Assembly (NCBI RefSeq): GCF_001194135.2 | Contig: NC_068988.1 | Coordinates: 16,597,868 to 16,633,449, forward strand | DNA from: Octopus bimaculoides | Taxonomy: Eukaryota | Length of the DNA: 35,582 nucleotides | Direction of reading: 5' to 3' | In this document: positions 1-10,074 of the stretch, piece after piece | Position numbering within the stretch: position 1 is the first letter of the stretch | Layout of the letters: the number at the start of each line of letters is the position of its first letter | Made by a program: the position numbers and the translations under genes | Notes under the pieces: model-generated | Told to the model about the DNA's origin: nothing | The model's database searches: none | Seen by the model: only the letters and a program-made list of their open reading frames with translations

Positions 1-60
1 AATATATGTATGTATATAATACATATATTTGTGTGTGTGTGTATGTGTGTGTGTGTGTGT

Positions 61-312
61 GTGGAGGCGCGTGGCTTAGTGGTTAGGATGTCAGCACCAT
101 GATCGTAAGATTGTTGTTTCGATTCCTGGACTGGGCAATGCGTTGTGTTCTTGAGCAAAACACTTCATTTCACGTTGCTCCAGTCCACTCAGCTGGCAAA
201 AATGAGTAAAGCTGCGATGGACTGGCGTCCCGTCCGCCTGGGGAAACCATACGCCATTGAAACCGGGAAACCGGGCGCATGAACTTGGCTAGGTTTTTAA
301 AGGGCTCATTTA
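61..312 (+). mobile_element. tRNA-derived SINE, family A (CORE/Meta-like central domain), near full length
   Basis: Pol III A-box TGGCTTAGTGG (~72-82) and B-box GTTTCGATTCC (~116-126). Body GTTGTGTTCTTGAGCAAAACACTT, then CTGCGATGGACTGGCGTCCCGTCC and a GAAACCGG x2 tail, ending at a TA repeat. A closely similar second copy lies at 29091-29335. Superfamily assignment is from recalled similarity only. Confidence 0.85.
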
Positions 313-363
313 TTTTTATATATATATATAGAATATAAATGAATAATAGTAGAGGTACAGGTG

Positions 364-456
364 TCAATCCATTACGGCCGTTTCTAACGATACCTTTCAT
401 TGATTAATGAAAATATTACACCATTGTAAACAAACCGTTTTCCTCAGATGAATTGA
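364..456 (-). ncRNA. Type I hammerhead ribozyme (left arm), extended branched stem II
   Basis: Minus strand reads UCAAUUCAU-CUGAGGA-[56 nt]-GAAAC-GGCC-GUA/AUGGAUUGA. Stem I is 9 bp with one G-U pair, the core is CUGANGA, followed by GAAA. Helix III is the palindrome ACGGCCGU and the cleavage triplet is GUA (predicted cut between 373 and 372). Caveat: A-A at the 10.1/11.1 position. Confidence 0.75.
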
Positions 457-720
457 TGAGGTCCATTAGTCTGGGTTTAATCTATTAAGGAGTTTTATTA
501 ATGTCTAGTGGACAGTGGTAAGAAAATGATTTGTAGTCAGGTCAACCTACTAACTTATCTAGGTCGTTTGTGAGGGAACCAATATACAAGCTTTATCCCC
601 ACAAGTCAACAAGGCAGAGGGCAGTAACAAAGAAGTGAGGGGTAGGGGAGAGAGGACAAGGAGAAGAAAGAAAGAAGGAAAGAAATCTAACTAACCTTTA
701 CTATTTACCATAATATTAAG

Positions 721-781
721 AGAAGTGTATTCAGATATAAAAGTTTTTAAGTTTAACATTTTTATATCTGAATACACTTCT
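721..781. repeat. Perfect 22-bp-stem hairpin/cruciform with 17-nt loop
   Basis: AGAAGTGTATTCAGATATAAAA (721-742) is the exact reverse complement of 760-781. Confidence 0.95.
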
Positions 782-1669
782 TTATATATTTTAAATTATT
801 TAAAATTATTTACCTTAAATTTAATACTACATATTTAATATACCTTAATGTTAGCCGTCCATAGTTGGTGCGTATGTTCAAAAACATTTTATTTTTATTT
901 TTTTAGTGTCGCTTTTATAAATTTCGTATATCTTCAGTTTCACCTTGATATTATTTATATATTCTATATTTCTTAAAAAAAATTTATTTTCTTATTGCTT
1001 TTATCTCTTTTTCTTATAACTTTATGTGCCTTTTTTTACCTATACTTATTTTTATTTTCTCTTATTGCAATAATATTATATCTCTGCTTAGTTATTGTAG
1101 CTTCGTTTTATTCCCATGCAATGATTCCCAGTCATAGTTAAGAGCTTTGCCCCCATAACCCTTATTCCATTATCCTTCAAAGTATATCTATCATAATATT
1201 ATGGTAAATAGTAACGTTTGGTCAGGTGTCTTTCTTTCTTTTCTCCCCTTATTCTCCTTCCTGTATCCCTCACTTACTTGTCGACTCGTGGAGATACATC
1301 TTGTATATTGATTCCATCACAAACGACCTAGATAAGTTAGTAGTTGACCTGACCACAAATAATTTTCTTACCACTGTCAAGTAGACATTGAACAACTCCT
1401 TAATAGATAAACCTAGACTTAATAGAGAAGCCTATCCGCGCTGTCCGCTCTTGTTAGAAATAAATATAAGTAGGTCACTGAAGACAATTAATACTTTCTC
1501 TTTCTAAAATCTCTACTAACTTCTAAATTTCACTGTTCCTTCAAATATGCACTATTCCGGTAAATCCATTCTGTTAACTGAAATAGTAGCAGAATCGCAG
1601 TAAATTATTTTGCTCCAGAGATTTTAACTTATGTTAAATCATTTCGAATGTTCTCTATTCTCAAGCTCA

Positions 1670-1762
1670 TGAATCCATCTGAGGAAAACTGTTTCTTTAC
1701 AACGATGTAATGTTTTCATTAATCAATTAAAGGAGTCGTTAGAAACGGCAGTAACGGATTGA
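1670..1762 (+). ncRNA. Type I hammerhead ribozyme (right arm), more degenerate copy
   Basis: UGAAUCCAU-CUGAGGA(1679-1685)-[56 nt]-GAAAC(1742-1746)-GGCA-GUA/ACGGAUUGA. Core and cleavage triplet are intact. There are two mismatches in stem I and one substitution in the helix III palindrome. Confidence 0.6.
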
Positions 1763-1943
1763 TACCTCTCGGAATCTGCACTTCGCAAATAATATGAACC
1801 GTATCTTTAATATATCAAATTTAATATTTACATAATATTCTTGTGTGTGTATATTATTCCGACCTAACGAGGTGTCACAATTTAAGTAAATAAACACCTT
1901 TATAATCGTTAAAATTTATTTCAGTCCAAGATTATACATTCAG

Positions 1944-2968
1944 TTATTTATTAATTATTGATGTGAATATCTTATATTTAGCAGACATGCCCTTTGTATT
2001 GTTCAATGCAAGGAACCTATTAGGCATGCTACTGATCAGATGGCGAATATTCTCCTGTGGAATTTCTTGCCAAGTTTCATACAGTATTCGCAAATGATCT
2101 GGCTTTGAAGATACTTTCTTGTTCTTTTTATGACGTGTCCTGTCCATTTTGCTCCAGAGGGACTCAAAAGTGGTCATATCTGGTGACTGGCTTCGAAGCT
2201 TTATAATGTCATTATTTTCCAATCAATCTTGGGTCTTTTTAGCCGTGTGACAAGGAACACAATCTTCCATAAAAAAAAAATCTTCTTTAATCACTTTACA
2301 CCTGGAAAAGATTGGAAGGAGTTCTTTCTGCGATATGGATACATAATTATCTGACTTTATGTGTCTCTTACACTCCATCAACTCTGATCTACCATTTAAT
2401 CCAAATTGCTTCCGAGACAATTACAGAATACCCGCCGTGTTTCATTGTTGACTGCAATCTTTTCACGTCAAATTCTTGACCACTGAGTCTACAGAAACAC
2501 TCGACCACTGTCAGAAAATACAGCAAATCTGGACTCATCAGAGAATATGACAGTGAACCAAGATGCCGGTAGCCTCACTTTCTCACTAGTCCAATCTTTT
2601 CTCCGCTTGATATTGGCTGGTCGAAGTAATGGCTTCCTTCTTGCTGATCTGCTACAGTAGCCAATTTTGTGGAGATACCTGACAGCTGTTCTGAGAGTGA
2701 CCTGAACTTGTTCTGTTATTTATGTCAGAGGCGTTGCAACGAGGATTATCCACCGCATTTCTCTTAACAAAGTGAAGGGTTCACTCAGAGGGCACTAGTC
2801 GACCTGGGCGAAGTGAACTGGACTCCTTCCCTCTCTAGTGAATTACACAATCACTCTATCAACTTTTGAAAGCGGGATCCCAAGGTTTCTAAGTCAACTC
2901 TCAGTTTGACCCACAGCACCGCCTCTTTGAAATTCGAACATTTCCAAGGCTTCTTTTGTCCGTGGCAT
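1944..2968 (-). pseudogene. Decayed Tc1-family (DD34E-type) transposase
   Basis: Minus-strand translation gives an N-terminus MPRTKEALEMFEFQRGGAVG (ATG at 2968), GYCSRSARRKPLLRPANIKRR, VIFSDESRF (D1, ~2525-2550), FMEDCVPCHTAK (D2), SQSPDMTTFESLW (E) and C-terminal WQEIPQENIRHLISSMPNR. It carries stops and frameshifts, including an in-frame TGA at 2223-2225. D2-E spacing is 32 aa, consistent with a 6-nt loss in the WP motif. TIRs not found. Confidence 0.92.
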
Positions 2969-3063
2969 GATTAAAAAGACACATAGAATCTGAAACATAA
3001 AAATGTTAATTAATATAGAATATAAACTTTTCCAAGTTAAAATTAACATAAAACGAATGTTTT

Positions 3064-3095
3064 ATGTTGTGTGTATGTGTGTGTGAGTGTGTGTG

Positions 3096-3142
<47 letters not shown>

Positions 3143-3330
3143 CATGTATACATATATTTGTAAATTATATGTGTATGCATGTATATATATGTGCGCCAGA
3201 GTATGTATGCGTGTGTGCATGTGTGTATTTGTGCGAGCGCGTGTTTGTGTGTTTGTGTGTGTGTGTGTATTTGTTCGAGTCTGAGTGTCCTTTTTTCATC
3301 TTTTATTCTTGTATGTGTATGTGTGTGCAA
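3064..3330. repeat. Compound (TG)n/(TA)n microsatellite region
   Basis: Direct reading; explains the ORFs at 3043-3421. Confidence 0.95.
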
Positions 3331-4168
3331 TCGAAGAATATTTTCTTCACCTTTGTCGTCTCTAGGTGTACGCTTATTTCGTGACTATTATATAAATTCA
3401 GACGATATAATTTCTACTTAGAAAAAATTCCCTACTACAAAATTCAGTTTGAATATCAATTTGTTACTTTATGTAAAGTTTTTGTAATTAAAACAGGAAA
3501 AAGAAATAGAATTTCATATTATAGTAAACATCAAAATAAATTCATGAGAATGTGGGGATAAACAGAATGGCGTACACTCACTTACTCGCCAACACGTACA
3601 CGTGCACTCACACACTCATGCACACATTCACACATTCTAGTTTCCATAATAGAATAAATGCATATATGAACATCTGTGGTAAGCTCAAAAATACAATTTT
3701 GTTTGTAAAATGGTGTTAAGCATTGTATGTTGTAATAGTTTCCTCGGTGGCATTTAAAGGTTACTTAAATTACAAACACATGTTAGATATAAAAGGGTTT
3801 GCCGCTAAATTAAAGCTATGTATCACGTTCCACCTATCTATATGTGTGTATATAAATATGAATCACCTGCGGTATGTAGGGAACCGCGGAGAGCTTCACT
3901 TTGGAGGTACGTTAAAATTTTGTGCTGAAATGAAAAGAAAATTTCGTTAAAACGTGGTTGATATCAGTGGCGCAATTCGTTGCCTAATCCGTTGCCTGGA
4001 TTTTACGATTATCACCATAAAGCTCTAACAACGAGGACCTACCTCTTCGCTTTAATGATGCATGGGAATAATACATGTTTTAACACGTAGATGTAATTTA
4101 ACTGATCTTGACCTCTGAACACGTTTTTTACCCGGGCAAACCTGATACATAAAAGACTTTTAAATAAT

Positions 4169-4364
4169 GGTTTCAAATTTTAGCACAAGCCAGTGATTGT
4201 AAGGGAAGGGCATAAAGTGATTACATCGACCCCAGTGCTCAACTTGTCCTTATTATATCAACCCCGAAATTATGAAAGGCAAAGTTGACTTTCGTGGAGT
4301 TTGATCTCAGAACGTAAGGGCGGACGAAATGCTGCGGTAACGATTCTGCCAGATACCCACATTA
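4169..4364 (-). mobile_element. tRNA-derived SINE, family B (Deu/Nin-like domain)
   Basis: Reverse complement of the family pattern GGCGAGCTGGCAGAATCGTTAGC...GTTCTGAGTTCAAATTCC...CTTTCATCC..GGGGTCGATAAAATAAGTACCAGTTGAGCACTGGGGTCGATGTAATC, seen in many copies in this window. Confidence 0.85.
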
Positions 4365-5221
4365 AAAAGTCTTTTAAATAATAAAAAAAAGATATTTTTG
4401 ACAGTTACTTTACAATCAAATATATAAGTCCATGATCCTATGTCGGAGTCTCTACGTGTTTATTCTCCTGTTGAAAATGACTTTAAAAGTACACGCTTAT
4501 CCCATTCCAACATTTTAGAAAAAGGAATGAGTATCACTCTCGCTGAGAATTGCACGAAGTCGGTTAAGTAATTTAAAGAATCCTCAAATAGTATTGCCAT
4601 TAACGTTGATAGCGGCTTTAAATGTCTTACTAAGCACATATACGCACACGCCTGTACATGTCCGCAAATGAATTAGATTGCAATTTGCTATTTACAGCCG
4701 TGGAACAGTTGAAATCGCTCGATTTCAGTAGGTATTATGAAAAATTGTCGATGCATATATGATTGAAATTTTCTTCCACCTGCATATAAGCTTCGTTTTA
4801 TTGCAGAGAAAGGAAATGAGATATGGTGAGTTACAAGCAAGTAATCCTATACAGAATAAAAAAATTAGAACACGAACAGGGTGGGTGGAAATTAATTTTA
4901 AGCCGTGTTTCGAATTTGCTTCATCGAGTTGTTATACTCATTGTAAAGCACTAAACATTAATTATAATTATAAATGAAATAGAGTAATGAAAAATGAAAA
5001 ATTAAACAACAGAAATCAATTTTGAAAATGGACAAGTATCACAATAATTTCACTGGAAAAATTGTAAATATGAAATTAAAAAAGTATTTTAAAAATCCTA
5101 AGATGATAAAATTATATTCAACAATAGAAATCATAAAGTGCAACAATACTGAGAATAATTCTTTCTTTATAATTTTATTTAGTCATCATCATATTGTCAT
5201 TTTTATGATTACTGTTGTTGG

Positions 5222-5223
<2 letters not shown>

Positions 5224-5289
<66 letters not shown>
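5224..5289. repeat. (ATT)n microsatellite
   Basis: Direct reading. Confidence 0.97.
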
Positions 5290-5291
<2 letters not shown>

Positions 5292-5779
5292 AAAAATAGT
5301 AATAATAACATAATTAAACAGAGAATACTTGATGCTCTCTATGGTGATAATTAATTTAAATTGTTTGTAAATCATCTTCTTTAGAAACTAGTTATGGACT
5401 GCATTTTTTTTTCACTGTTGTAGCGTTATATTTTGTGTATATACGAGTGCGTGAGCGCACATATTTCTTATAATTGTGTTCCATTGTGTATGGTCGTTAT
5501 TTATTTATTTATTACTGTGATATAATTACAGTCTTGTTGACGCTTCGTTAATTTATCCCCTATTAACAACAGGAAACAAGTGCTCAACAATCTGCAACCA
5601 ATCAGTAATATACCATAGTCCACGCCGCCACACCTAACATTCACACTAATGAAAGAAGGAGAACATAAAATGCAACAGGTTTTTCTATTTCTTAATCGGC
5701 CCCACTAACTTTTTTGTTTTGTTTTTGTTTGTTTCTTCAAGTGCAGCAACGTCGTCGTCAATGACCACTTCTAAGTCTA

Positions 5780-6233
5780 CCAGAGTAACGCCATTCCCAC
5801 TCTTCTCTTCCTTCTCCCCCACCACAACCACAGTCAGCTCGTTCTCCTTTCCCAACCCTTCCTTCTCCTTTTCCACCAACCCTTTTTTTCCTTCTCCACT
5901 TCTTTCTCCTCTAACTTCATCTACTCCTCTCCCTCAAATTCTCCACCCTGTTCTCCATCACCACCACCCTCCTCCTGTTTCTTCTCTATCTCCAGCACGA
6001 AATTTCCATCTCCTCCTCCTCCTCCTCCTCCACATCATAATCATCATCACTTTAATCATTCTCAACTTGTTCCTCACTCCCGTTACCATCTCCATCGCCG
6101 CCTCAAACATCTTCCTCCTCCCTGCTGCTCCCCCTCCTCCTCATCATCATCATCGAGGCCTTTGTCGTGATAGCCATCATCGACTTCACATCTGTTGCCA
6201 TCGTTGTTGGCAACAACTACTTCCGCCATAAAG
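5780..6233. repeat. C/T-rich low-complexity tract (CCT, CAT, CAC units)
   Basis: Strong pyrimidine skew with trinucleotide runs. The pyrimidine-rich strand is intrinsically depleted of stop codons. Confidence 0.8.
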
Positions 6234-6234
6234 A

Positions 6235-6304
<70 letters not shown>
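6234..6304. repeat. (AAT)n microsatellite
   Basis: Direct reading. Confidence 0.97.
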
Positions 6305-6305
<1 letters not shown>

Positions 6306-6674
6306 TGTATCATGATATTGATATTCGCAACAAAAAACATTCTTTTACCACAACTTCCAAATAATTAATATTGTGTCTCAATTACAAACTTATAATAAAA
6401 TATTTACTCATAGCAGTGGCTGCTCTCTTTAACGCTATAATTCAATGCTACATGTTGGATAAGATAAAGAAAAAATGCACTTCTTTCTGCTCGTTTGACT
6501 GGCTAGAAATAACTAACAAATCTTAAAATCACATAGTGTGCAAAATAGGAAGAACACATTGATTAACATTCTTAGATGCACCTTTGGAACACCTTTGATG
6601 ACAAGTGTCCCTTGTCTGAATTTTTCTAGTGCTAAAGTACACTAACCTCACCATGTTCACTACCATTATCTATC

Positions 6675-7032
6675 CAGCGGACTCACGGTCATAGGATCGC
6701 GGTTTCGATTCTCAGATCGGGCGTTGTGAGTGTTTATCGAGCGAAAACACCTAAAGCTCTACGAGGCTCCGGCAGGGGATGGTGGAGAACCCTGCTGTAC
6801 TCTTTCACCACAACTTTCTCTCACTCTTACTTCCTGTTTCTGTTGTGCCTGTAATTCAAAGGGTCAGCCTTGTCACAATGTATCACGCTGAATATCCCCG
6901 AGAACTACGTTAAGGGTACACGTGTCTGTGGAGTGCTCAGCCACTTGCACGTTAATTTAACGAGCAAGCTGTTCCGTTGATCGGATCAACTGGAACCCTC
7001 GACGTCGTAAGCGATGGAGTGCCAACAACAAC
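6675..7032 (+). mobile_element. 5'-truncated tRNA-derived SINE, family C
   Basis: B-box-like GGTTTCGATTCTC (~6707). Its head resembles family A (GGGCGTTGTGAGTGTTTATCGAGCGAAAACACC) but the GC-richer body differs. It ends in an (AAC)n tail. Confidence 0.7.
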
Positions 7033-7190
7033 TATCTATCTAGAGATTTCCACTTCGAATGAATACGAACTGGTTAATAACCCGGGTTCAAATTTATCTC
7101 CAAGCAGCATCTCATTATACAAGTAATGTCACTTTTAAATTGTTAAACTGCGAATAAGAGTCATTAACTGACTACAATATTATAATTCTT

Positions 7191-7281
7191 TAAGGTGGTC
7201 AGCCGGGAGAATCGTTAACAATTCGGGGGTAAATGCTTAGCGTTATTTCTTCTGACTGTACATTCTGAGTTCAAATACACC
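7191..7281 (+). mobile_element. SINE family B 5' fragment
   Basis: GGGAGAATCGTTAAC...AAATGCTTAGCGTTATTTC...CATTCTGAGTTCAAAT matches the family B head. Confidence 0.7.
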
Positions 7282-7479
7282 ATGCCCCAAAATTGTTGGT
7301 CTTAACTATATATAATCATTGAACGCTGAGTTTTCAAGAAGAATGTGCAGCTATATTCTCTGTAGAAACAACTCTTAAACGAACTTTCTCATTCTGGTCT
7401 GGTGATGTGCATGGAACTAATTCACCTACCGATAGGTGAAGAATTATGACGATATTGATTTCAAATTTTGACGCAAGTC

Positions 7480-7699
7480 CTTCTTCTTCTTCTTCTTCTT
7501 CTTCTTCTTCTTCTTCTTCTTCTTCTTCTTCTTCTTCTTCTTCTTCTTCTTCTTCTTCTTCTTCTCCTCCTTCTTCTTCTCCTCCTCCTTCTTCTTCTTC
7601 TCCTCCTCCTTCTTCTTCTTCTTCTTCTTCTTCTTCTTCTTCTTCTTCTTCCTCCTTTCGTTCGTTCGTTCGTTCTTCTTCTTCTTCTTCTTCTTCTTT
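7480..7699. repeat. (CTT)n/(CCT)n polypyrimidine microsatellite with (TTCG)n insert
   Basis: Direct reading; explains the poly-S/K/R/L ORFs. Confidence 0.97.
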
Positions 7700-8826
7700 C
7701 CATCTGTCTGCCTCTCTGTCTCCGTATACACGTACAGTTAGTTCGTATTTATAAAATCACATGCAAGCCTATCAATCTTCTAGCTGTGATGACTATGCCA
7801 TGCTAGTTGAGAGATCTCATTTGTTTAGGTGGAAGGCTTATAATTGGTTTCAGGGATCTTTCGCGATTTTTCTCTAAGATAGGAACAACGTGCAGTTTTA
7901 TTCAAGTCTTAAATGATTTATTTATATGCCTGAAAAGAAAAAAAAAAAACATAATTTTTTATTAACAGCTTATATTTATTTTTTCCTCCGGTCATGAATT
8001 ATTTTAGGTAAGTCCATAAATTTGGATTACCTATTCTAAATTAGGCAAAAAGGAAGTATTCTAAATATATTACAAAAGGAAAATGAAACAGAAACATTAG
8101 CATTACAACATGTAACTATAACAGATATGATTCCTTTTTTTTACGTAAATTATTAATATGTCCTATGTCCGTAAGTCAACGTTGACAGTTATGTTCTTGA
8201 ACGGTGAGTAACGTAGTTGGTGTTGTCTCCCCACAACAGGTAACACGTGGTACACAAGAATGCAGCGAGCAATCGAGCATGCCCAACAATGAGGTGAACT
8301 GCAGTAGTAACTCGCTACTTGACGCCTGATCATTATCTAATGGTACAGATCTTTTGCTTGACAGCAACAACCCTCATGCGGTTGGTCAAGGACTTCTCCG
8401 TACTGTCAGTCATACAACGTCCTGCTGCCCACATCCTCACCTTATCAGAGGCACAGGAGACAAAAGGGTTCCTAGGACTTACCCAAGCTTCGACTTCAGT
8501 CTACGGACAAAAGGGGCGACGTATTCTCCCCTTTACGGCTGTCGTCAATATGTCAATAAATCAATGAGAACAATATATAATTAATCCGTATATAGTAATA
8601 CGTATACAGTATAATATGTATACTGTAAATAAAACAGACTCCTGAGACATCTTCTCCTGAGAAACAAGCGGTACCCATCTAATGAGATTCTTCCAGTTTT
8701 CTTCTGCTGGATTTCTCTCAAGAAACTGGGATTAATTATATTTCCCTAAAGTGCTGTACTACTAGATTGTATTATATCAGATAATCACATAAAAACGAAA
8801 CATATTTTAATCCCACCAGTGATTAA

Positions 8827-8945
8827 TGTTCGTCAGTGGCTCTTACCCTGCGTAGCACCTTGGGCAAGTGTCTTCTTTTATAGCCTCTGGGTGACCAAAG
8901 CCTTGTGAGTAGATTTGGTAGGCGGAAACTGAAAAAAGCACTTCC
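8827..8945 (+). mobile_element. SINE fragment, family D (CORE-like CCTTGGGCAAGT motif)
   Basis: CACCTTGGGCAAGTGTCTTCT...GACCAAAGCCTTGTGAGTAGATTTGGTAGGCGGAAACTGAAA, running into a (TA)n(TG)n tail. Confidence 0.7.
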
Positions 8946-8998
<53 letters not shown>

Positions 8999-9751
8999 NN
9001 NNNNNNNNNNNNNNNNNNNNNNNNNNNNNNNNNNNNNNNNNNNNNNNNNNNNNNNNNNNNNNNNNNNNNNNNNNNNNNNNNNNNNNNNNNNNNNNNNNNN
9101 NNNNNNNNNNNNNNNNNNNNNNNNNNNNNNNNNNNNNNNNNNNNNNNNNNNNNNNNNNNNNNNNNNNNNNNNNNNNNNNNNNNNNNNNNNNNNNNNNNNN
9201 NNNNNNNNNNNNNNNNNNNNNNNNNNNNNNNNNNNNNNNNNNNNNNNNNNNNNNNNNNNNNNNNNNNNNNNNNNNNNNNNNNNNNNNNNNNNNNNNNNNN
9301 NNNNNNNNNNNNNNNNNNNNNNNNNNNNNNNNNNNNNNNNNNNNNNNNNNNNNNNNNNNNNNNNNNNNNNNNNNNNNNNNNNNNNNNNNNNNNNNNNNNN
9401 NNNNNNNNNNNNNNNNNNNNNNNNNNNNNNNNNNNNNNNNNNNNNNNNNNNNNNNNNNNNNNNNNNNNNNNNNNNNNNNNNNNNNNNNNNNNNNNNNNNN
9501 NNNNNNNNNNNNNNNNNNNNNNNNNNNNNNNNNNNNNNNNNNNNNNNNNNNNNNNNNNNNNNNNNNNNNNNNNNNNNNNNNNNNNNNNNNNNNNNNNNNN
9601 NNNNNNNNNNNNNNNNNNNNNNNNNNNNNNNNNNNNNNNNNNNNNNNNNNNNNNNNNNNNNNNNNNNNNNNNNNNNNNNNNNNNNNNNNNNNNNNNNNNN
9701 NNNNNNNNNNNNNNNNNNNNNNNNNNNNNNNNNNNNNNNNNNNNNNNNNNN
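8999..9751. other. Assembly gap flanked by (TG)n and (CA)n; other gaps at 16446-16818, 18881-19250, 26297-26574, 27637-27834, 29366-29759, 29910-29919, 31990-32075
   Basis: N runs; most are bordered on at least one side by microsatellites. Confidence 0.99.
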
Positions 9752-9806
<55 letters not shown>

Positions 9807-10074
9807 ACACACACATACACACACATACACACACACACAAACACACATGGAGAGGCACAAACCCAAACATAGACACACATCAAATAATATCCCAACCGTT
9901 TATAGTTTCTTATTGGAATTCAATTAGCCTATAATTGAACTGGATGTTACTTTAACGTGTATGCAAAGTTTCGCAAAGATTAGTGCACTGGTGTAGGCAG
10001 CAAAATGGTAACTGACAAACAGACAAACAGAAATTGCCATCTATGTATAAGATACATCTCTGAGTGTGTGTGTC

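Larger units (their letters stand above)
351..1769. mobile_element. Inverted-repeat element, probable Penelope-like element (PLE) pLTR relic or non-autonomous derivative
   Basis: 351-718 is the reverse complement of 1194-1427 plus 1666-1769 (about 80-87% identity by eye). Each arm contains a hammerhead fold. Inverted terminal repeats carrying hammerheads are an established PLE hallmark. No RT or GIY-YIG ORF is recognisable. Confidence 0.7.

Noticed and set aside
61-135. tRNA gene (A and B boxes; also 29091-29160)
   Set aside because: No complete cloverleaf; it continues into a SINE body present twice.
1381-1435. IEQLL..KPRLNRE resembling a GIY-YIG C-terminal 'E.LLI..LKP.LN' motif in the right arm
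   Set aside because: It needs a frameshift over a stop, and the left arm does not keep the frame; too weak to call.
2530-2545. CTGATGAG on the minus strand (hammerhead core-like)
   Set aside because: It is the S-D-E codons of the Tc1 FSDESRF motif, with no stem II or GAAA following.
1900-3060. Terminal inverted repeats for the Tc1 element
   Set aside because: No convincing complementary ends or TA duplication could be found by eye.
5224-6304. (ATT)n and (AAT)n tracts as inverted termini of an element
   Set aside because: Both are common microsatellites here; there is no unique shared sequence or TSD.
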